A DNA stretch of 62,989 nt, filler included, from Chiloscyllium plagiosum (GCF_004010195.1; 4 parts of one record of this genome joined end to end with filler, not necessarily neighbours in it), one strand, 5' to 3'. Shown: positions 40,230 through 54,243, counted from the first letter of the whole stretch. Numbers and translations: made by a program. Notes: generated by a model not told the origin, from the sequence alone.

Positions 40230-41085
40230 TGTGCGAGTATAGAGCACAGGAGTAGGAAGGTGATGTTGAATTTGTACAAGACTCTGGTTAGACCTCAGCT
40301 GGAGTACCAAGCACCAGGATGGAAGCAAATAGGAGAAAGTACAGAACTAATTTACAAGAACTGTTGAAGGAATGAGAAACTTCCGTGATGAGGATAGATT
40401 AAAGAAGCAGGCGGTGTTCCCCTTTGAGAGAAGGCGGCTGAGAGGAGATTTGATCAAGGTTTCAAAATTGTGAGTGGGCTGCATCAGGGAAGAAGCTGTT
40501 CCTGCTCATAAAATAAAAAAGAATGAGAGGGCGTAGATTTAAAGAAATGTGAAAACGAAGTAAGGTTGATGTGAGAAAAAACTTTTTCAGACAGTGAGTC
40601 ATTCGGGTCTGGAATCTACTGCCTGGAAATGGGGTTCATGGTGAGAGGGGAAAGATTTAAAAGGGTCCAAAGGGACACCTTTTTCACAGCGGGTGGTGCG
40701 TGTATGGCATGAGCTGCCAGAGGAAGTGGTAGAGGCTGGTACAATTACAACATTTAAAAGGCATCTGGATGGTTACATGGATAGGTAAGGTTTAGAGGGG
40801 AATGGGCCAAGTGCTGGCAAATGGGACTAAATTAACCTAGGGTGTCTGGTTGGCCTAGACAAGTTGGACTGTAGGGTATTTTCCTGTGCTGTTCAACTTT
40901 TAGGATTCTATGACTCTATGGCGGACACAGGTCAAAGAGGAATTCAAGAGAGCATTGGATGATTATTTGGATAGCAACAGTCTGCAGGCTCTGGAGAAAT
41001 GGCAGAAGATTTGTACAAGGGAATAGAACTGGGTGCAGGCATGATGGGCTGAATGGCCTCCTTCTACACTGTACCAATTCTGTGA
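40230..41085 (+). mobile_element. Old CR1 3' end with a nested younger CR1 tail (about 40640-40920)
   Basis: LYKTLVRPQLEY motif; the inner copy ends in tatgactctatg. Confidence 0.7.
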
Positions 41086-41809
41086 TTCTCTCGCACTTTC
41101 TGATTTTATTTTATACTTGTCAATGCTGAGTCCTACATTGCGCACAGACATCTCAAACTTTCCATACAAGGATTGTGCTCTATAAGAACATAAAGAAACA
41201 ACAGGAGTAGGCAATTCAGCCCCTCAGGTCTGCTCCCCCATTTAATATCTGATCTCATGCCTGATCTCAGCTCAGTCTCAACTCCACTTTTCTGCGCCTC
41301 TCTAAATCTCATAACAAATTGAAAATCTGTCCATCTTCTTTTCTCAATTTCCTCAAAATTCCCATAACCACCGGATTCTAAAGTAGACTTTTCTACACAT
41401 TCACGACTCTTTGAGAGAAGTGGGAGAGAAGTGGGTTTGATCCCCTTTAAACCTGCTAGCTCATAGCCTAAAACTATGACCTATGCAGAAATTGTCATTG
41501 CTAAAAAAATAAATTTGTATTCTTTCATTTTTCTTAAGTGCATTTGTCTTCCCTTAATGTTGTTTGAGCAGGAATCTGTGGCAATGATGAAAGGTTTGAA
41601 CTGGAGTATTAAATCATTAACTAGTTTTCTTTAAGGTCTCCAGGCTCCCAATGTAATCATATTGAGCCGAGAGATGTTGTATGGGATCTGTTCATAGCTC
41701 GTTCCTCACGTTCTTCAACTAGTCTCAAAGACAATCTATAATAAGGAATTCTAATAAAGAATAATAAGGAACACGTGTTCTCTTAAGCCACTGTGCAAGT
41801 ACCAGAAAA

Positions 41810-42110
41810 TCATAGAATATCTATATTGTGCAAAAAAGGGGCCATTCAGCCCATCATGTCTGCACCAAACCCCTGAAGAGCATTGCCCCCCGTCCCCACT
41901 TGACCCATCCCCATAACCCAGCATGGCGTTTTTACCGTGGATAACCCACCTAACTTGTATCCCTGGACACTAAGGGGAAATGTAGAATGGCCAATCAACC
42001 TGATCTGCATACCTTTGAACTGTGGGAGGAAACCGGAGCACCTGGAGGAAACCCACGCAGGTGCTGGGAGAATGTGCAAACTCCACACGGCCAGCCACCT
42101 GAGCAGAAGT
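41810..42110 (-). mobile_element. HE1-type V-SINE (5' truncated)
   Basis: V-domain and tail on the minus strand. Confidence 0.75.
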
Positions 42111-42169
42111 GGAAGACCCACCCAAAGCACCAGCCACAACTGGGAGTTGAAGCACACTTTCAGGTCATG

Positions 42170-43005
42170 GAGTCATAGAGCCATAGAGACTGGAAATAGA
42201 CCCTTCAGTTAAACTCGTCCATGCTGACCAGATATCCTAGCCTAATCTAGTCCCACTTGCCAGCAATTGGCCCATATCCCTCTAAACCCTTCCTATTCAT
42301 ATACCCATCTAGGTATCTTTTCATGCTGTAATTGTACTAGCCTCCACCACTTCCTCTGGCAGCTCATTCCATACATGAACCACCCACTGCGTGAAAAAGT
42401 TGCCGTTTAAGCCCCTCTCATCCTAAACCTATGCCCCCCAGTTCTGGACCCCCCCACCCTAGGGAAAAGACTGTCTATTTACCCTATCCATGCTCCTCAT
42501 GATTTTATAAACCTCTATAAGGTCACCCCTCAGCCTCCAACATGCCAGAGAACACAGCCCCAGCCTATTCAAACTCTCTCTGAATCTCAAATCCTCCAAT
42601 TGTGGTAACATCCTTGTAAATCTTTTCTGAACCCTTTCAAGTTTCACAACATCTTTCATAGAGAATAAAATGCAGTTCATAAAGTCATAGAGATGTACAG
42701 CATGGAAACAAACCCTTCATTTCAGCTTGTCTATTTAGGATCCGATCTTTCCCCTCTCACCTTAAACAATGGCTTCTAAGTTTGGACTCCCTTACCATGG
42801 GGAAAAGACCTTGTCTATTTGCCCTGTCCATGCTCCTCATGATTTTATAAACCTCTACAAGGTCACCCCTTAGCTTCCGACACTCCAGGGAAAACAGCCT
42901 CAGCCTATTCATCCTCTTCCTAAATCTGAAATCCTCCAACCCTGGAAACGTCCTTGTCAAGCTTTTCTGCACACTTTCAAGTTTCACACCATCCTTCCTG
43001 TAGCT
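42170..43005 (-). mobile_element. Two CR1 3' fragments
   Basis: ORFs 42459-42680 and 42757-43008. Confidence 0.8.
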
Positions 43006-43051
43006 CATTCCAACTGTGAAAAATCAGGGATAATGACATAGCAAGGCAAAT

Positions 43052-43392
43052 TCGGTGGCTCAATGGTTAGCACAGCTGCCTCACAGTGCTAAGGACCCAG
43101 GTTCAATTCCCACCTCAGGCGACTGTCAGAGTTGCACATTCTCCCTGTGTCTGCACGGGATTCCTCCGGGTGCTCCGGTTTCCTCTCACAATCCAAAGAT
43201 GTGCAGGTCAGATGAATTGGCCACGCTAAATTGCCCATAGTGTTCAGGGATGCCTAGGTTAGGTGCATTAGTCAGGGGCAAATATAGGGTAGGAGAATGG
43301 GTCTGGGCGGATTATTTTTCAGAGGATCGGTTTGGACTTGTTGGGCCAAAGGGCAAGTTTTCAAACTGTAGGGAATCAAATCTAATCTAATC
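43052..43392 (+). mobile_element. HE1-type V-SINE
   Basis: Full head through (aatct)n tail. Confidence 0.85.
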
Positions 43393-45834
43393 AAAAATAA
43401 AACCACAGTTGCCAGTTACATACCACCAATCATTATCCTCCACCCCTCCTTTTAATCATCAGCAAAGTGATGGAACGTGTTGTGGACAGTTCCAGGCACT
43501 GCCTGGGTATCATTGGGTTTCTCAACTCTGGATGTCTTAGCTGCCTTGTTCCGTACATGGTCAAAGGAGTCAACTTCCAGATGTAAGTTAACAGTGATTA
43601 TCTTCAGTAACATATATCTTAGACAGGGCAAACACAGGAAGGAACTTCCTGATGATCGGGGAGTCCTGGACTGGGGTCACAGTCTCAGGATATGGGGTAG
43701 TCCATTTAGGACTGAGATGAGGAGAAATATCTTCACCCAGAGACTGATAACCCCGTGGAATTCTGTAGGACAGAAAGCAGTTGAGGCCAAAACATTGTGA
43801 ATGGTTTCAACGAGGCGTTAGATGTAGTCCTTCAGGCTAAAGTGATCAAAGGGTATGGAGAGAAAGTGTGAACAGGATACTGAGTTGAACGAACAACCAT
43901 GATCATACTGAATTGTGGAGGAGGCTCAAAGGGCTGAATGGCCTACTCTTGCTCCTATTTTCTAACAGAAGGGGGTGTCTCTACACCACAAGGACTGAAG
44001 CAGTTCAAGAAGGCCACTAACCACCATTTCCTCAAGGAATTGGGATTAGGCAATTAATGCTGGTTTTACGAGCAATGCCCAGAGATTATGCAATATATAA
44101 ATTGTGAAGTTTTAAATGGTGAAAATACCTTGTGCCAAAACTGCACTCAAGACCAAGACACAATGAGAGATGGCAATGTATGTATATTTATTTCCTCGAG
44201 CTGACAGTTTTTAATCACAGTTGTGTCAAGAGGTGAAATGACAATCTTTTAAATCCTCTGCATCATCCCTCAAAGTTGCTAATTGTCTGCTGCTTTAGCT
44301 TAGATATAACCCTGACAAGCCCTTAATTTAGCAAATCATACCTTGTGTGTATTCATGGGAAAACAGAGAAATCAAACACTACAGGAAGACTGACAAGCAC
44401 TAAAGGATTTAATTAGCAGGCCTATTAAGAGAAATTACAGCTATTACCTCAGCTGCATCTGGGTAGATCTGCAAAAGTCTTCATGTCTTAGTACCATTTA
44501 GGTGACCAATTACAGGAATAAATATCACAGGCACGTCTGAAGGAGCTCATGGCTGCTTAATTTAAATGTTAATTGGCCTCGCTCATTATTGATTTACATT
44601 TGCAAATATAATTTCTGGAACCCGTGTGTTTTTACATGCCCTAATTATCTTGGGTTGGAAAGGGCCCTCGGTTGATGAAATCTCTTGGAGACCAGCAGAT
44701 AACTGCAGCGAACTTTGGGACAACTCCCCTCTGATGCTGTGAAGTGGGGGAGCTATCACCTTGTCAGCCCTACAGAGATAAAGTGAGTTCCCTTGAAAGC
44801 ATGACATGAATATAAAGTATGGCTGCTAAGATTTCCCAGCCAGAGATTGGAATGATCAGGATTCATTTCCAGTGGCTTCCTTGTCCACTCGCATTGAACA
44901 TAAGGCAGTAGGCTCGGCCTCCCAAGCCTGCTCTCCTACTCCATAAGATGGCTGATATGCCCCAGGGCTCAACTCCACTTTCACGTCAGTTCCTCACAAC
45001 TCCCAGATATTTCACAATTTTACCTACCTATTATTGAAATACTTTGAGTGAGCTAGTATCTGGGCTAGCCAATTCTCACTATGCTGAGAAGGCAAATTCT
45101 TCCATATCTCAGTGTCACAAGTGTTCCCTTATTCTGTAACTGTGTCCCCTACTTTAAGATTCCGCCACTAGTGGAAATATCTTCCAAACATCTAATCTGT
45201 TAGAAACCCTCAGAATTTTGTGATACTGGGGGCAACAGGGCAAGTTGGCAATTTTGCTGCCTTGATGACCAGGCTCCATTTTGGAAGAGGGTTGATCCCC
45301 ATGCAGGCAATGGATTTCTTCATTACAAACTCACGCAAATCTCTGTTTAACTGTGGAACAAATAAAGCTGTTACCTTGGGCTCCTCCCACTATAATCTCT
45401 ACCCAGCATCAGGCAGGAGACTGAGGAAATGAAGGTGGTGAAAGGGAATGAGGTGGAGGGGCGGGGGGAGAACTAGAGCAGTGGTAGCAATTATGAAGTG
45501 GAAGACAGGACTGAAGGAAATAATTTAGTCTCTCAGGACCCGGGATGATCGCAGGTTGTGCCAAAGTGTTTTGGTTAGGTGAAAGTACTTTCCAACGTAA
45601 TCACACTTGAAGGTAAGAATGCAGCAGTTGATTTCTCCAAAACATAGTCCCGCACACAGCAATGTGATAAAGACCAGATAATCTCCACCTCTGTCATGTT
45701 GATTAAGGGATGTTGGTCAGGAAATCCGAGAAAACATTCCTCCTATTAACACTGCGGGATTTTCTTGCATTTACCAGAGAGTGCCTCTGTTTGAATAATC
45801 ATCCGAAATGTAAGGTCTGCAACAGTGCAATATT

Positions 45835-46245
45835 CATAAGAACATAAGAACTAGGAGCAGGAGTAGGCCGTCTGGCCCCTCAAGCCCGCTCTGCCGTTCA
45901 ATACGTTCATGGCTGATCTCTTTGTGGACTCAGCTCTCCTTACCGCTCACCATAACCCTTAATTCCTTCACTGTCCAAAAATCAGTCTATCTTTTGCTTA
46001 AAAATATTCAACAAGGTAGCTTCAACTGCTTCACTGGGCAGGGAATTCCACAGATTCGCAACTTTTTGGATGAAGAAGTTCCTCCTCAATTCAGTCCTAA
46101 AACTGCTCCCTGTTATTTTGAGGCTATGTCCCCTAGTTCTAGTTTCACCATCCAGTGGAAACAACCTCTCCACTTCTATCTTATCTATTCCCATCATAAT
46201 TTTATATGTTTCTATAATATCCCCCCTCACTCTTCTAAATTCCAT
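45835..46245 (-). mobile_element. CR1 3' end
   Basis: ORF 45982-46263 with EFRRVRGDIIETYKI; cataagaa tail. A similar copy lies at about 16415-16730. Confidence 0.85.
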
Positions 46246-46547
46246 TGAGTTACAGTCCCTCACGCTGTGCTACGTGTGTGGGGAAAAGAGGTTTGACAAC
46301 CGAGAACTGGTACTCATGTCTCTGGAATGGGAGTTGAACTCAGCATCTTTTTACTCAGAGCTGAGAGATCTACCCATTGAACCATGGCTGATAATACCAA
46401 CTTACTGACTACATAGCATGGAAGAAGACCCTGTCAATATGTGGCTATTTGATATGCAACAGTTAACAATGCTGACCGAGAAGGTGTAAAACTATTGTTG
46501 ATGAATTGGTATTAACCCTGACCTTATCTTTACTTTCTGAATTTTAG

Positions 46548-46633
46548 TTTGAAGACGAAATTATCAAAAACCTGGACCATGAAGTGGAAGGCGGTCGAGG
46601 AGATGAGGAATACAAGGATCTCTTTAAAGATAT
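46548..46633 (+). CDS. DOCK2: Internal coding exon (86 nt, phase 0 to 2) of the same DOCK-A gene
   Basis: Polypyrimidine tract then attttAG; donor AT|GTGAGT. Translates FEDEIIKNLDHEVEGGRGDEEYKDLFKD(I). LDHEVEGGRGDE is the recalled DOCK1/DOCK2 motif. Confidence 0.88.
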
Positions 46634-46869
46634 GTGAGTTCATCGGCGTAAGAACTTCTGCCTCTGTTTTAATGACATGGTGGATGTGCAAGATGGGCAC
46701 AAACAGGGGAAGGAATTTGTTTCGGTCAACTTACAAGTCTGGAACTGGGATCCAAGTTTGGGTGGGCTAGCCCCCAGCAGGGGTCATTAGGTCAGTGTGA
46801 AGCCTCAGGCCTACTTAGCATTATTTCAAAGAGCTGCCCACCAGTCCTCATCTGTGTCATAGACAGTTA

Positions 46870-47715
46870 TAGAGTCATAGAGATGTACAGCATAGAATCA
46901 GACCCTTCGGTCCAATCCGTCCATGCCGACCAGATGTCCCAACCCAATCTAGTCCCACCTACCAGCACCCGGCCCATATCCCTCCAAACTCTTCCTATTC
47001 ATATACCCATCCAAATGCCTCTTAAATGTTGTAATTGTACCAGCCTCCACCACTTCCTCTGACAGCTCATNNNNNNNNNNNNNNNNNNNNNNNNNNNNNN
47101 NNNNNNNNNNNNNNTTAATTAATTAANNNNNNNNNNNNNNNNNNNNNNNNNNNNNNNNNNNNNNNNNNNNCCCCGAAGAGTGCTAGCAAACCTACCCCCC
47201 AGGATATTGGTGCCCTTCTGGTTCAGGTGCAGCCCGTCCTGTTTGTACAGGTCCCACCTTCCCCAGAGTGCAGTCCAATTGTCCAAATATCTGAAGCCCT
47301 CCCTCCTACACCAGCCTTGCAGCCACGTGTTCAACTGCACTCTCTCCCTATTTTTTGCCTCACTGTCACGTGGCACCGGCAACAACCCAGAGTTGACGAC
47401 TCTGTCTGTCCTAGCTTTTAGCTTCCAGCCTAACTCCTTGAGCTCTTGAATGACCTCCCCACCCCTCTTCCTACCTATGTCGTTGGTGCCAATGTGCACC
47501 ACGACTTCTGGCTGCACACCCTCCCCCTTAAGGATTCTGAAGACACGGTCTGAGACGTCTCGGACCCTAGCACCCGGGAGGCAACAAACCATCCGTGAGT
47601 CTCGCCCATGTCCACAGAACCGCCTGTCCGTCCCTCTAACTAGAGAGTCCCCTATAACTAGCGCTCTCCTCCTCTCCCCCTTTCCCTTCTGAGTCTCAGA
47701 GCCACAGACCCCTTC
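46870..47715 (-). mobile_element. CR1 LINE: 3' end (46870-47070) and ORF1 SGNH esterase (47171-47715) on either side of a gap
   Basis: Open frame with VIGDSLVRG, HIGTND and DGLHLN, the SGNH/GDSL blocks of CR1 ORF1. Confidence 0.88.
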
Positions 47716-48689
47716 ACTGCAGCTTACACCTGCAGTAGTAATGTCAAAAGGAGAAAGACAACTAATACAGTTCGCATGGGGAACCCGAAGGTGGAGTATG
47801 GCAGATTCAGGAATTGATTCTGTGAGGAGACCGCTCCGAGGCCCCCACATGTCTCAATGGCTCGCTCCAGCATTGCAGAAACTATCAGTGTATCTCGACA
47901 ACAAATAAAGCTCAAAATTGGAAAGTTAAAAGAAAATGTTGACCCAGCCAATGATGCCCACATCCAGTGAGTGAATTTTAAAAAAAATGAGTGTTTCAAA
48001 ATCATTAATTGACTCCTAGACTCAACAACCCTCTGGGGGAAAAGAATTCTACATATCCATAACATATGAATCGCCGAGCTCTTAAATTATGGGAATGCCT
48101 CCTGTTTTGAACTCTTCCATCAGAGAAAGTGAATATTCTCTAACTACCCTTTTAGAGGCTTCATTAGAGAAAGGTTAAAATTGGTATGTTGCCCTTTCAC
48201 AAAAATATGAAGGAATATATTCAGGCAAATAATAAATGGTAACCACCTTGAACATTAAAACTTTGGTTTCAGTCTTAATATTGTAAATGGATCAAGATCA
48301 TCACTCAGTGATCGAAGGTCTGGAGAAAACATTTTATGCAAAAGATTGTTTGGATAAGGAAGCCTGACCAGAAACTATGCCGGAAAACAAATCTATAATA
48401 GTTTTTGAAGGGAATAAATATTTGGATAAAGATAATATTAACAAGAGTCTGGGAACTGAAATGACATATGACAATTCTTTCAGAGGTTATCCTGAGGACA
48501 TGGGCCAATTGACATCTTCATGTGCCGTGATATTCCATTATTCCATCATCACAGGATTTTGGGACTTTACTCTTCATCTGTTAAAGATTTCAAACCGTAC
48601 TATAACACAGGGCAGAAGGAAGCCATTTGGCCCATCAGAGCTGTACATGCTCCTCCAAAAATCCTTAAACTATTCGTAATTGTTCCACT

Positions 48690-49490
48690 CATAGAGTCAT
48701 AGAATCATAGAGGTATACAGCATTGAAACAGACCCCTCGGTCCAACTCATCCATCCCAACCAGATATTCTAAATTAATCTAGTCCTATTTGCCAGCACTT
48801 GGCCCATATCCCTCTAAACCCTTCCTATTTGTATACCCATCCAGATGCCTTTCAAATGTTTTAATTGGACCAGCCTCCATCACTTCCTCTGGCAGCTCAT
48901 TCCATATGCACACTATCCTCTGTGTGAAAAAGTTGCCCTTAGGTCCCTTTTAAATTTTCCCCCTCTTACTCATCGAGGGCCAAAGGGCCTGTACTGCGCT
49001 GTATTCTTCTACTTTAAACCCACGCCCTTCAGTTTTGAATTCCCCCATCCCAGGGGCACAAGACCTTGTCTATTTATCCTATCCTTGCCACTCATGATTT
49101 TGTAAACCTCTATGAGGCCACTCCTCAGCCTCCAACACTTCAAGGTAAACAGCCCCAGCCTGTTCAGCCTCTTCCTTAACCCTGGCAACATTTTTTCTGA
49201 ACCCTTTCAAATTTCACAACATCCGTCCTATAGCAGGGACACCAGAATTGCACACAGTATTCGATAATGGCCTAACCGATGTTCTGCACAATCGCAACAT
49301 GACTGCCCAACTCCTATACTTAATGCAGTGACCAATAAAGGCAAGCATATCAAACACCTCCTTCACTACCCTGTCTACATGCGACTCCACTTTCAAGGAA
49401 CTATGAACCTGTACTCCAAGGTCTCTTTATTCAGCAATACTCCCCAGAACATTACCATTAAGTGTATAAGTCCTGCCCTGATTTGCCTTT
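48690..49490 (-). mobile_element. CR1 3' portion
   Basis: ORFs 49009-49191 and 49214-49396; CR1 tail. Confidence 0.85.
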
Positions 49491-50614
49491 CAGCCACTCA
49501 TCTGTTCCTTCTCCCATAACCTGCATTTTATTATACCTTTTCAAATATACTTCCAATTCTATTTTGCCATCACCCTTTCAGGACGTGAATAGCAGATCAG
49601 AGAAACACTGAGTTAAAAGAGAAATATCATCTCTAGCAGGATCATTCTCCCATGCTCACACCCCACCCCGGTGCTAACCAGACCAGTGGGGAATAGTTGC
49701 TCCCTGTCTACTCTTTATCAGATAACAATGTCCTCAATTCCCCACAATGATCTTGTCTCATTGGAACAGCTTACAAACTCCTGCAGCTAAATTAATCTCC
49801 TTGGCTCGTGATGCGTCAGGGATGATTGGACAATTTCAGCAATGACCTATGTGCGAGGTGATCTCACACTGTGATCTGCACGTTCTAAACATGTACTCAT
49901 TGCCTGTGAGGAGCGAGAGCTATTAAAAACAGAATGACCCAGTCTCAGAACAGTCCCTGACAGCAGGCAGTCCAGAGATGAATTAACTCCACAGTCTCCA
50001 GGGCTAATTTGGCACTTTCACCCGCTTTATCAGCATGGTCGATATAGAAGATTGTCTCATTGTCTGTTCTTCTGAGGTTGAGGCTGGGACTGAGAATTAT
50101 GAGGCACTCAAGCTGTACAGAAAAGGAAAAGACTTGCAATTAATACTGATGCTTACCATGAGTTGTGGATGTCTCAAGGTGTTTACGAGCCAAAGAAGGA
50201 TTTTTATGCTGGAACCACTACTGTGAAGTGATAGGCATGGTCCCACAACAGTAATGTCTCTTAAGGTGTAAGTTGAGGAATAAATATTGCCAGGATACAT
50301 ATAAGTATCAACATCGAATGCCTGAGGTGATATCTTTTCTTTTTAAGTAGAGGGAGCTTGTTAAAAGGATGGGGCTTCATAATGAAGAACACTGTGTTCC
50401 AGTCCACAACATCAGCACAACAATTTTAACAAATTTAATGGAGACATTTCCAGAGAACTGTGTCTGAGCCAATCAAAGGAACAACATAGGAACACTGATA
50501 GGTCATTCTGCTCCGCAAATTTATTCAATCTTCACTTCAGTTCTGTTTTTCCTCCTGTGTCCTAAAACAAGGATGTAAAATATATTGAATTAGGATTGGA
50601 AATGTCTCTTTTAT

Positions 50615-52070
50615 GCTGGATGATTGGAGGTTGACTAACATGGTCCCACTATTTAGGAAAGGTGGTAAGGAAAAGTCAGGGAACTATATACCGGTGAGCC
50701 TGACATCAGTGTTGTGAAAGTTATTGGAAGGAATCCTGAGGGATAGGATTTACACATATTTGGAAAGGCAAGGACTGATTAGGAATAGTAAGCAGTGCTT
50801 TGTGCATGGAAAATCATGTCTCACAATCTTGACTGAGTTGTTTGAAGAAGTATCAAAGAGGATTGATGAGGGCAGAGAGGTGGACATGATCTATATGGGC
50901 TTCAGTAAGGCATTTGACAAGGTTCCTTATGTGAGACTGGTGAGCAGGATTAGATCTCATGTAATACAGGAAGAAGCAGCCATTTGGATACAGAACTGGC
51001 TCAAAGGTAGAAGAAGAGGGTGATGGTGGAGCCTTGCATTTCGGAGTGGAGGCCTGTGACCAGTGGTGTGCCACATGGATCAGTGCTGGATCCACTGCTT
51101 TTTGTCATTAATATGAATGATTTGGATGTGAACACAGGAGGTACAGTTAGTAAGTTTGCAGATGACACTAAAATTTGTGGTGTAGTGGACAGTGAAGCAG
51201 GTTACCTCACAGTACAACAGGATCTTGATCAGATGGGCCAATGGGCTGAGGAGTGGTTTAATTTAGATAAATGTGAGGTGCTGCATTTTGGGAAAGCAAA
51301 TCTTAGCAGGACTTATACACTTAATGGTAAGGTCCTAGGGAGTGTTGCTGAACAAAGAGACCTTGGAGTGCAGGTTCATAGCTCCTTGAAAGTAGAGTCG
51401 CAGGTAGATAGGATAGTGAAGAAGGCATTTGGTATGCTTTCCTTTATTGGTCAAAGCATTGAGTATTAGAGTTGGGAGGTGATGTTGCAGCTGTACAGGA
51501 CATCGTTTAAGCCACTGTTGGAATATTACATGCAATTCTGGTCTCCTTCCTATCAGAAAGATGATGTGAAACTTGAAAGGATTCAGAAAAGATTTACAAT
51601 GATGTTGCCAGGTTGGAAGATTGGAGATATAGGGAGAGGCTGAGCAGGCTGGGGCTGTTTTCCCTGGAACGTCGGAGGTTGAGGGGTGACCTTATACAGG
51701 TTTATAAAACCATGAGGGGCATGGAAAGGATAAGTAACCAATGTATTTACCCTGGGGTGGGGGAGTCCAGGACCAGCGAGCTTAGGTTTAGGATGTGAGG
51801 GGAAAGATATAAAAGGGATCTAAGGGGCAATGTTTTCACACAGAGTGTGTTGCATGTATGGAATGAGCTTCCAAAGGAAGTGGTGGAGGCTGGTATAATT
51901 ACTGCATTTAAAAGGCATCTGGATGGGTATATGAATAGGAAGGACTTAGAAGGAAATGGGCCAAGTGCTGGTAAATGGAACTAGATTAGAATAGGATATC
52001 TGGTCAGCATGGACAAGTTGGACTGAAGGGTCTGTTTCCAAGCTGTACATCTCTATGACTCTATGACTAT
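50615..52070 (+). mobile_element. CR1 LINE RT domain to 3' end
   Basis: NYIPVSLTSV, FSKAFDKV and KFADDTK motifs; frameshifts and stops; ctatgact tail. Confidence 0.92.
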
Positions 52071-54116
52071 TTAGTCCCCCCGGGGAAGGCTCCCTACTGC
52101 CCATAGTGTTTAAAAAGGATTCCCATAACTTCTTTGCCGTACAGTGTCATTCTCTGCAATCTCATCGGGCAGAGTCCCTCTGTATATTTTCGGCTGAGAT
52201 AGATAGATTCTTGATCAGTTGGTGAGTAATGAGTGATGGGGAATGGGCAGGAAAGCAGACATGAGGAATGTTGAATCAGCCATGAAGCTGGCTCAAGGGG
52301 CCCAATGGTCTTTTATTGTTGCTATTTCTCAGTGTTTTTGCGTTGTTGATCAGAATCAATTGACGCTATCGGCGCTTGATAATTTGACCGAAGAGGACAA
52401 ACATTAAAATCACCTCGAGCCAAGTCTGCAGTCATGTGATCGCTTACATCATTGATGATGTAGAATGACAATTTACAGATTTAGCATTAATCCTTTTACA
52501 CTGCACTACATTCTTTGATCCAGAGGAGATAGTTTCTGTCTTTCTCTCTGTCCGAAACTTTTAAATTTATAAATACCTTGATCCAAATACCCTACACTCC
52601 CTTATACTTAGGAGAACATGGGCCCCTGGTTCATTCTATGTATCAATCTCAGAATTTAACACTTTAAGTCCCAATACTGTTCTGGCGAATTAGTGTTATA
52701 CTCCCTCCGAGTCACTTTGTTCTTATTGAGGTGTAGTGTGTAGAATTAGATACATCATGGTTCTGAGCCACAGTTCTCAGCCAGATGGATATGGAACACA
52801 TCGCAAATCCTCGAAAATAAGGCAAGGAACTGTGGAAGTTGGAAATTTGAAACAAAGACAGAAATTGTTGGAGAAACTCAGCAAATCTGGTAGTTCTGAA
52901 GAACTTAACTCTGCCTTCTCTCCCTTAGTGCTGCTGAGTTTCTTCAGAAATTTTCTGTTTTTGTCACAAAATCTCTACTTTTTTTCTTTATTTGCTCATG
53001 AGATATGGGCATCACTGACTCAGCCAGCATTTGCTGACCATCCCTAAGGGTAATTAAGAAATCTGAAGTCTCATGTAGGCCTGGCTGGGTAAGAACAGCA
53101 GATTTCTTTCCCTGAAGAACATTAGTGAACCAGGTGGGTTTTTACAGCGATTAATAGTGGCTGGCTTTATATTGCAGACTTCTTCTGTCAAGTTCTAACT
53201 TGTGCCTTGATGAGATTTGAACCATTGTCCCCAGAACATTAACTTGGGATTCTGCATTACTAGCCCAGTAACAGTGCCACTGTGCCACCATCTGTACTGT
53301 ATACTGTACACCCTTCATCCAAGGAGGGATACAATCATGTTAATGAAACAGAAATCCTGATAGGGTTTGGAAACGCCAGGCTGGATTTTCTCTTCTGAGG
53401 TGAAGTGTCATGGCCAGAAAGTAGCAGAGGCCTCACTATGGTGGCAGGTAGGTTTTACTCACATGACTATGTTCTTGAGTATAGTTGAAGAAAAGACGCA
53501 CTTTGTTGAAGATTTTCGGTTGGCACTCAGTGAGACAATTTGCAATTTACCATGCCACTATCTCCACCAATCAGAGCCCACTTGGCAACCAATCAGCACT
53601 CTCCTGTCATGCATTTCTGTCCCCTTGAATTGGTATTCTTGTGACTAATCCTGATGAGTGCGATAGAAAACGTGCCCTTTCTTCCAGGGTTATTCAAGAG
53701 CTGTATTATCAAATGACCATCTGATTGTGGTCTCTGCACATGCCTGTGTGGAATACCACAGTTTATGAGCTGGACGTTCTGACCCTTGTACCTACAATTT
53801 GATGCCATTTGTAAAAGACACCCAGGCAGCACTTCACTCTGTGTAGCCCAGGAGCCTCACAAAACCTCTGCTCATCACTCCCACGCTGTGTGTTTTGTGC
53901 TGGGAGCAGCAAGGGTGATATCAGCGCTAGGCTGGGATGGAAGGATGTGCAATGGGTGTTGGGTCAGGGACTGTCAGGGGCAAGAAGGGGGTCTATTTAA
54001 TTCAGTGGCAGAGGGGGAGTGTCAGTTTCATATTTACTGAGGAATTAGATCAGCTCTGTAATCTTCCAACCTTTCCTCCATTGTTATTAAGCTGAAGAGA
54101 GTTGGACCCTTAGGGA

Positions 54117-54243
54117 TCCTGAAGAAGGGCTTATGCCTGAAACGTCGATTCTCCTGTTCCTTGGATGCTGCCTGACCTGCTGCGCTTTTCCAGCAACACA
54201 TTTTCAGCTCTGATCTCCAGCATCTGCAGTCCTCACTTTCTCC
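54117..54243 (+). mobile_element. PLE family A relic with hammerhead core
   Basis: CTGAAGAAGGGCTTATGCCTGAAACGTC from 54119; perfect duplication cccttagggatc at 54107-54118 / 54243-54254. Confidence 0.85.

Noticed and set aside
45351..45365. CTGTGGAAC, a possible start of the missing LWNNYF exon
   Set aside because: It reads LWNK then stop, with no AG acceptor.
46549..46770. 73-aa ORF MKTKLSKTWT...
   Set aside because: It is the wrong frame over the real exon that starts at 46548.
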